A DNA stretch of 20,000 bases from an uncultured virus (IMG/VR IMGVR_UViG_3300031759_000004) (Duplodnaviria > Heunggongvirae > Uroviricota > Caudoviricetes), in the IMG/VR virus record IMGVR_UViG_3300031759_000004, positions 109,046 to 129,045 of that record; one strand, 5' to 3'. The position numbers and the translations under genes were made by a program. Of this stretch, positions 15,830 through 20,000 are shown piece by piece. Every line of letters starts with the position of its first letter. Position 1 is the first letter of the stretch. A model generated the notes under the pieces. It saw only the letters and a program-made list of their open reading frames with translations. It made no database searches and was not told the DNA's origin.

Positions 15830-16455
15830 ACGTGAAGCTGCTTACGCTATACGACGCGGGCTACGCTCAGGTGGGCGATCAGTGTGCCAAGTCGCTGCGG
15901 ACGCACGCGGCGGCCATGGGTGTTGGCTTGGACGTATACACGGAGTTATTGGACCCAGGGGTGCATCCGTCCTGGAACAAAATAGCCGCCCTCCAAACGA
16001 CGCTGTCGGATTTACAGGATGGGGACTGGGCGGTGTGGATTGACGCCGACTGCCTGCTGCTTCGTCCGTTTGCGCTGGTGGACGACTTGGGCGACAAACT
16101 TCAGTTTGACCTGCTGGGAGCCTCCGACTGGAACGGCCTGTGCGCCTGCGTGCTGGCGGTTAAGAAGTGTGCCTGGACCGACTGGTTTTTACCTACGCTT
16201 AGCCGGTGCGGAGACGTCAAGGACGACGACCGCTACGGGGCGGCTTTAGGGCCTAAGTGGGAGCAGAACACCATTAAGGGGCTGCTCAACGAGTTTCCTG
16301 CGGTGGCCCGCCGGATTTCCTTTTTGGACTCGAACTGGATAGCAGACATGCCGTGGTACGATCCAGAGCGGCTAAAGCCGCTGCACCACTTCGGAGCCTT
16401 AACCCAGAATCAGCGTTTAAGCATGATGCGAGAATACCCTTATGGCGTGGCCTGA
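15826..16455 (+). CDS. GT34-like (GMA12/MNN10-type) glycosyltransferase
   Basis: HPSWNKIAAL, WAVWIDAD (DxD), WEQNTI, LHHFG. ATGA overlap. Confidence 0.8.
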   Translation: MNVKLLTLYDAGYAQVGDQCAKSLRTHAAAMGVGLDVYTELLDPGVHPSWNKIAALQTTLSDLQDGDWAVWIDADCLLLRPFALVDDLGDKLQFDLLGASDWNGLCACVLAVKKCAWTDWFLPTLSRCGDVKDDDRYGAALGPKWEQNTIKGLLNEFPAVARRISFLDSNWIADMPWYDPERLKPLHHFGALTQNQRLSMMREYPYGVA

Positions 16456-19168
16456 ACAACCCTCGGTAAACGGACTCATGGTCATCGGACCGGATGACCT
16501 GAAGGAAAACGCAATGAACGCGGCCTTCTGCTTTATCCGGCAAACCTGGCCGCTCAAAAGCTTGATCGTCATCAACGGCAGCGGACGCGCCATAAGCCTG
16601 CCGCCGGAGGTAAAGGTGGTGGAGTCCGGCGGCAGCATCCAGGAGCTTAAGAACGCCGCCCTGGAGCTGGCCCAGGCCGAGTGGTGCTTCCCCTGGCTGC
16701 CAAACTACTGGTACGACCCCGACTACATCGACTTTCACATGCGGGCAGTCACCAACAGTCTCCACCTGGTCAGCAGCGCTTCCGGCGTCGAGCAGCCGGA
16801 CGACAATGCCGCCTGCTTCGCCTTTTTCCGCTCTGCGCTGGGTCTGATCCGCTACAACGCTGAGGGAAATGAGCGTACCTTCGCGGAACAGTTTGTGCCT
16901 TCGATTACGCTGATTCAGACGAAGCGTTTAAGCTACCGGATAGGACTTATTACTCACCCGTTCAAGGTCGGGCCTTTCCCGCCAGAGATAAAGTACAGCA
17001 TCCGCTGCTACCTGGTTTTAGGCCGGTACGGTGACTTGCTGAACGTGCTGCCGATCTTCAAGCATTTGTTCGACGCTACCGGCGAAAAGCCCAACGTGGT
17101 GATCAGCCAGGACTTTGCGGATGCGGCGGCCTGGGTCAGCTACTGGAATCCGGTCATTTATCCCGGTAAGTTCGACTTGACGCAACCGGCGCTGGAATGG
17201 GCGTCGACACGGTATACCGAAGTGGTGGTCATGCAGCCCTGTACCCGTGATTTCACGATGGACTACAGGTGCCGGAGCTACTGTGAAGAACCCTGGGCCG
17301 CGCTGGGCCTGCTGCCTTTGCGCGGAAAGCTGCCGCTGGTGCTGGATGGCCGTGACCTGGCGGGCGAACTGGAGCTGGCCAAGCTTCACCTGCGCAACCG
17401 CACGCCCACGATCCTGGTGGCCCTGCAAGGCAAGTCCAGCCCGTTTCCGCACGCCGTCCGGCTGCGGGAATGGATCGCCACCAAGTACGGATCGGCGGTA
17501 GTCTGGCTGGATGACGTCAAAGCGTCCACGCTGACTGATTTCCTGACCCTGATGGACGCGGCTGACCTGTTGATAACCGTGGACACCGCCTTCCTCCACC
17601 TGGCGCAGGCAGTTAAGATTCCAGTGATTGCCTACTTGAACACCCTGGCAGGCTCCTGGAGCGCCACCGTGCCCTGCTGTAACCTGGCCAAGACTTTTCG
17701 CTACACGGACGCCTTGGACACGGACGCCTTGGACACTGCCGTTAATCGCGTGATGTTCCGCCTGTTCTGGCACGTGCATCCGGAAGTGGTAAACGAGCAG
17801 GCGTCCAATACCTGGCCGCCCTGGCAGCTGTCAGGCAGCAACACACTGGCGGACATCGCCAAACTGACGTCAGCAGAACCGATTGATGTTATTGTCTACA
17901 CGCCCGGTGACACGTATTTCGTGCCGGATGTTGAGCGCATTCTGCGGGCCAAGCTGTGCGAAGCAGACTGTTTCTATGGCCTGCGCCGACAAGTGGCCAT
18001 GCCGGGAACGCATACCTCGGCGGATTTGGAGCGCAATTCTGTGCCCAGCCCGGAGGTGGAGTTTTACGCTTTCACCTACGGCTGGTGGCAGCGGCACCGC
18101 AGCCTGCTGGAAACGGCGGACGTGGACATTCGCCAGCTCATGGAGGCGGAGGACTGCGCCAGCGCCGACCTGTTGGCGTACCGGCTGTTCCGCCAGGAAA
18201 CCGTTGCAAGGTCCAGCTTGCGCCGGACCAGCCACAAGCGCAAATCCCGCGAAGTAGTGGACCACATCCGGAATTACTATCGCCGGATGAAAGCGGCACC
18301 GAAAGAGCCGCTCATTGACTTGACCAATTACGCGCTGTCCAATTACCAGAGCGGCATCGGCGACATGTTGGTCATGTCCTCCCTGCCCCGGGTCTCTACG
18401 GAGCAGGGCGGCTATACGCATATCTTTCACGCCGATGCCAAGTTTGAGACGTTGATCAAGCACAACCCCTGGTACAAGCCGTACGACGGCAGGCCGCCGG
18501 TGTCTTCCGACTTTTTGCAAAAGACCTTCGACCTGGGCAACGGCCATTTGATGCAGCGCCTGCAACGGGCATGGGGCTATCGGGCCGACTTGCTGCCCCG
18601 GGCCACGGTGGTCTGTCCCCAGGACAAGGTGCCGGGCCGCTGCGTGCTGCATTTTGAACCCGGGGCGCACGCCCAGTGGCAGCGGCGGCGCGTGCATGGC
18701 CGGGCGCGCGAAGTGTACCCGTCGACTTTCAAGGTGATCCAGGAGTTTGTGGACGCCCACCGCGCCGACATGTCCTTTGTGGAGATAGGCCAGACCTGCC
18801 ACAACCTGAACGGGGTGGAGGACCGCACCGGTCGCAGCCTGGATGAATCCATTGCCTTGATGTCCGGCAGTGAATGGTTTTTAGGCATTGTCAGCGGGCC
18901 AATGCACCTGGCTTCCGCGCTGGGGCTTAAGTGCGTGGTGGTGCTTAACTTCCCCAGCGCCAGGGAAATCATGCTGCCCACGCTGGTGGATATAAACCAG
19001 GTGGAGAGTGAATGGCTGTACCCGCAGGCGTGCCACTTGCACCAGGACTCCGAAGGACCGCTGGTGAAACTTTTCAGCCTGCGCAACCTGGAACTGGCTT
19101 TTGCCGGTGGACTGTACCCGTACTGGTCCAACGAGTATCTGTCTTTGATCGACGAGCCGCTATGGTGA
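16442..19168 (+). CDS. Multi-domain glycosyltransferase (degenerate GT2-like + GT9-like + possible degenerate GT-A + second GT9-like)
   Basis: Paralog of the 12951 gene (MAWPE..CFIRQTWP). LGRYGDLLNVLP and LLITVDTAFLHLAQA mark one GT-B domain; SGIGDMLVMSSLP and FLGIVSGPMHLASALG mark a second. Confidence 0.78.
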   Translation: MAWPEQPSVNGLMVIGPDDLKENAMNAAFCFIRQTWPLKSLIVINGSGRAISLPPEVKVVESGGSIQELKNAALELAQAEWCFPWLPNYWYDPDYIDFHMRAVTNSLHLVSSASGVEQPDDNAACFAFFRSALGLIRYNAEGNERTFAEQFVPSITLIQTKRLSYRIGLITHPFKVGPFPPEIKYSIRCYLVLGRYGDLLNVLPIFKHLFDATGEKPNVVISQDFADAAAWVSYWNPVIYPGKFDLTQPALEWASTRYTEVVVMQPCTRDFTMDYRCRSYCEEPWAALGLLPLRGKLPLVLDGRDLAGELELAKLHLRNRTPTILVALQGKSSPFPHAVRLREWIATKYGSAVVWLDDVKASTLTDFLTLMDAADLLITVDTAFLHLAQAVKIPVIAYLNTLAGSWSATVPCCNLAKTFRYTDALDTDALDTAVNRVMFRLFWHVHPEVVNEQASNTWPPWQLSGSNTLADIAKLTSAEPIDVIVYTPGDTYFVPDVERILRAKLCEADCFYGLRRQVAMPGTHTSADLERNSVPSPEVEFYAFTYGWWQRHRSLLETADVDIRQLMEAEDCASADLLAYRLFRQETVARSSLRRTSHKRKSREVVDHIRNYYRRMKAAPKEPLIDLTNYALSNYQSGIGDMLVMSSLPRVSTEQGGYTHIFHADAKFETLIKHNPWYKPYDGRPPVSSDFLQKTFDLGNGHLMQRLQRAWGYRADLLPRATVVCPQDKVPGRCVLHFEPGAHAQWQRRRVHGRAREVYPSTFKVIQEFVDAHRADMSFVEIGQTCHNLNGVEDRTGRSLDESIALMSGSEWFLGIVSGPMHLASALGLKCVVVLNFPSAREIMLPTLVDINQVESEWLYPQACHLHQDSEGPLVKLFSLRNLELAFAGGLYPYWSNEYLSLIDEPLW
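17703..17736 (+). repeat. In-frame 15-bp tandem duplication (ACACGGACGCCTTGG x2 plus 4 nt)
   Basis: Exact repeat encoding TDALD-TDALD-T. Confidence 0.9.
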
Positions 19169-19992
19169 TCAACGCATCCATCCTGCTTAATGAGCTGGAG
19201 CTGCTCAAGCTGCGGCTGCACGAGATGTACCGCGTGGTTGACCGCTTCTACGTGCTGGAGAGCCGGGTCACCTTCGCGGGCAGGCCCAAGCGGCTCAGCT
19301 ACCAGGAGCACGCCGACGAGTTCGAGCAGTGGCGCGATAAAATTGTATACATAGAGGTGCCGCCCTGCCCCAACCTGCCGGAAGATGCCCAGGCCGCCTC
19401 CTGGGCGCGCCAAAACTACCAGCGCGATTACTTGAAGGAAGTGCTGCCAAGGCTAAAGGAATTCGACGTGTTTAGCATCTGTGACGCTGACGAAATCATC
19501 AGCGCGCAGACGATTCTAAACTACCGGCCTCGGGACGGCGCAGTCGGCCTGGAGCTGGCGTTCTTTCACTTCTACCTGAATTACGGGTGCGTCAACAAAG
19601 TCTGGAAGGCTCCTTATCTAGTACCCGGGTCGCTGTACAACCAGTATCCGGTGCATCGGCTGCGTCCGTTTGAACACTTCAGCTACAAGAGCGACCCCTA
19701 TCCGCTGGCCAAGCGTTTGGAGCGCGCGGGCTGGCACTTTTCCTACTTGTTGGGTCCGGAAGGTCCTGGCCGGGTTCAGTACAAACTCAAAAATTACTCG
19801 CACTGCTTCGGGCGGCACACGCTGCCGATCCTGTACGCCCTCCAAGGCGACGTGCCGGTGGACATGCGGCGGCTGGGCAGGCAGGTGGACCCTAAAGGTG
19901 GCTTCATCTTCGACCGGATGCCGGACGCGCCGCTGCCGCGCTGGGTGACGGATAACCGGGCCGTGTACGAAAGCAAGGGGTACCTGCTGTGA
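19162..19992 (+). CDS. GT17 family (MGAT3-like beta-1,4-GlcNAc transferase-like) glycosyltransferase
   Basis: NELELLKLRLHEM..VDRFYVLES..TFAGRPK, WARQNYQRD, ICDADEI, GWHFSYL. Start moved from 19012 to ATG 19162, overlapping the upstream gene end. Confidence 0.88.
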   Translation: MVINASILLNELELLKLRLHEMYRVVDRFYVLESRVTFAGRPKRLSYQEHADEFEQWRDKIVYIEVPPCPNLPEDAQAASWARQNYQRDYLKEVLPRLKEFDVFSICDADEIISAQTILNYRPRDGAVGLELAFFHFYLNYGCVNKVWKAPYLVPGSLYNQYPVHRLRPFEHFSYKSDPYPLAKRLERAGWHFSYLLGPEGPGRVQYKLKNYSHCFGRHTLPILYALQGDVPVDMRRLGRQVDPKGGFIFDRMPDAPLPRWVTDNRAVYESKGYLL

Positions 19993-20000
19993 CCTTGATC

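Noticed and set aside
8127..19161. ORF-track starts at 8127, 10907, 10914 and 19012
   Set aside because: They create overlaps with neighbouring genes. The downstream ATGs at 8166, 10928, 10908 and 19162 fit the upstream motif or translational coupling.
1..20000. CRISPR array, tRNA/rRNA, IS element, intron or intein
   Set aside because: No regularly spaced repeats, cloverleaf, transposase or splice motifs were seen, and the window is almost fully protein-coding.

Overview
This 20 kb, GC-rich window most likely comes from a large myovirus (contractile-tail phage) with T4-like morphogenesis genes. All product calls come from motif recognition by eye; no database search was run. 375-7331 (+): head-closure (gp14-like), tail-terminator (gp15-like), sheath, tube, tail-collar and small virion genes. 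7318-8969: a 5'-3' flap exonuclease divergent from an AT-richer HNH-type endonuclease. 8970-10908 (-): baseplate spike and a gp26-like hub/chaperone, whose start-less gp51-like partner ORF appears to be reached by a +1/-2 frameshift at TTT TTT C followed by a hairpin. 10928-12933 (+): a second tube-like protein and a protein with a catalytically dead M23-like domain. 12951-19992 (+): five overlapping genes encoding two paralogous multi-domain glycosyltransferases, a SAM methyltransferase, a GT34-like enzyme and a GT17-like enzyme. No clear Shine-Dalgarno was seen. Genes either overlap the upstream gene or have a GT(A/T)NNTA-like motif 2-14 nt before the start, and two divergent gene pairs share one near-palindromic copy. 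Main leads: a candidate virion-glycosylation operon, the hidden frameshift ORF, and the bidirectional start-proximal motif.
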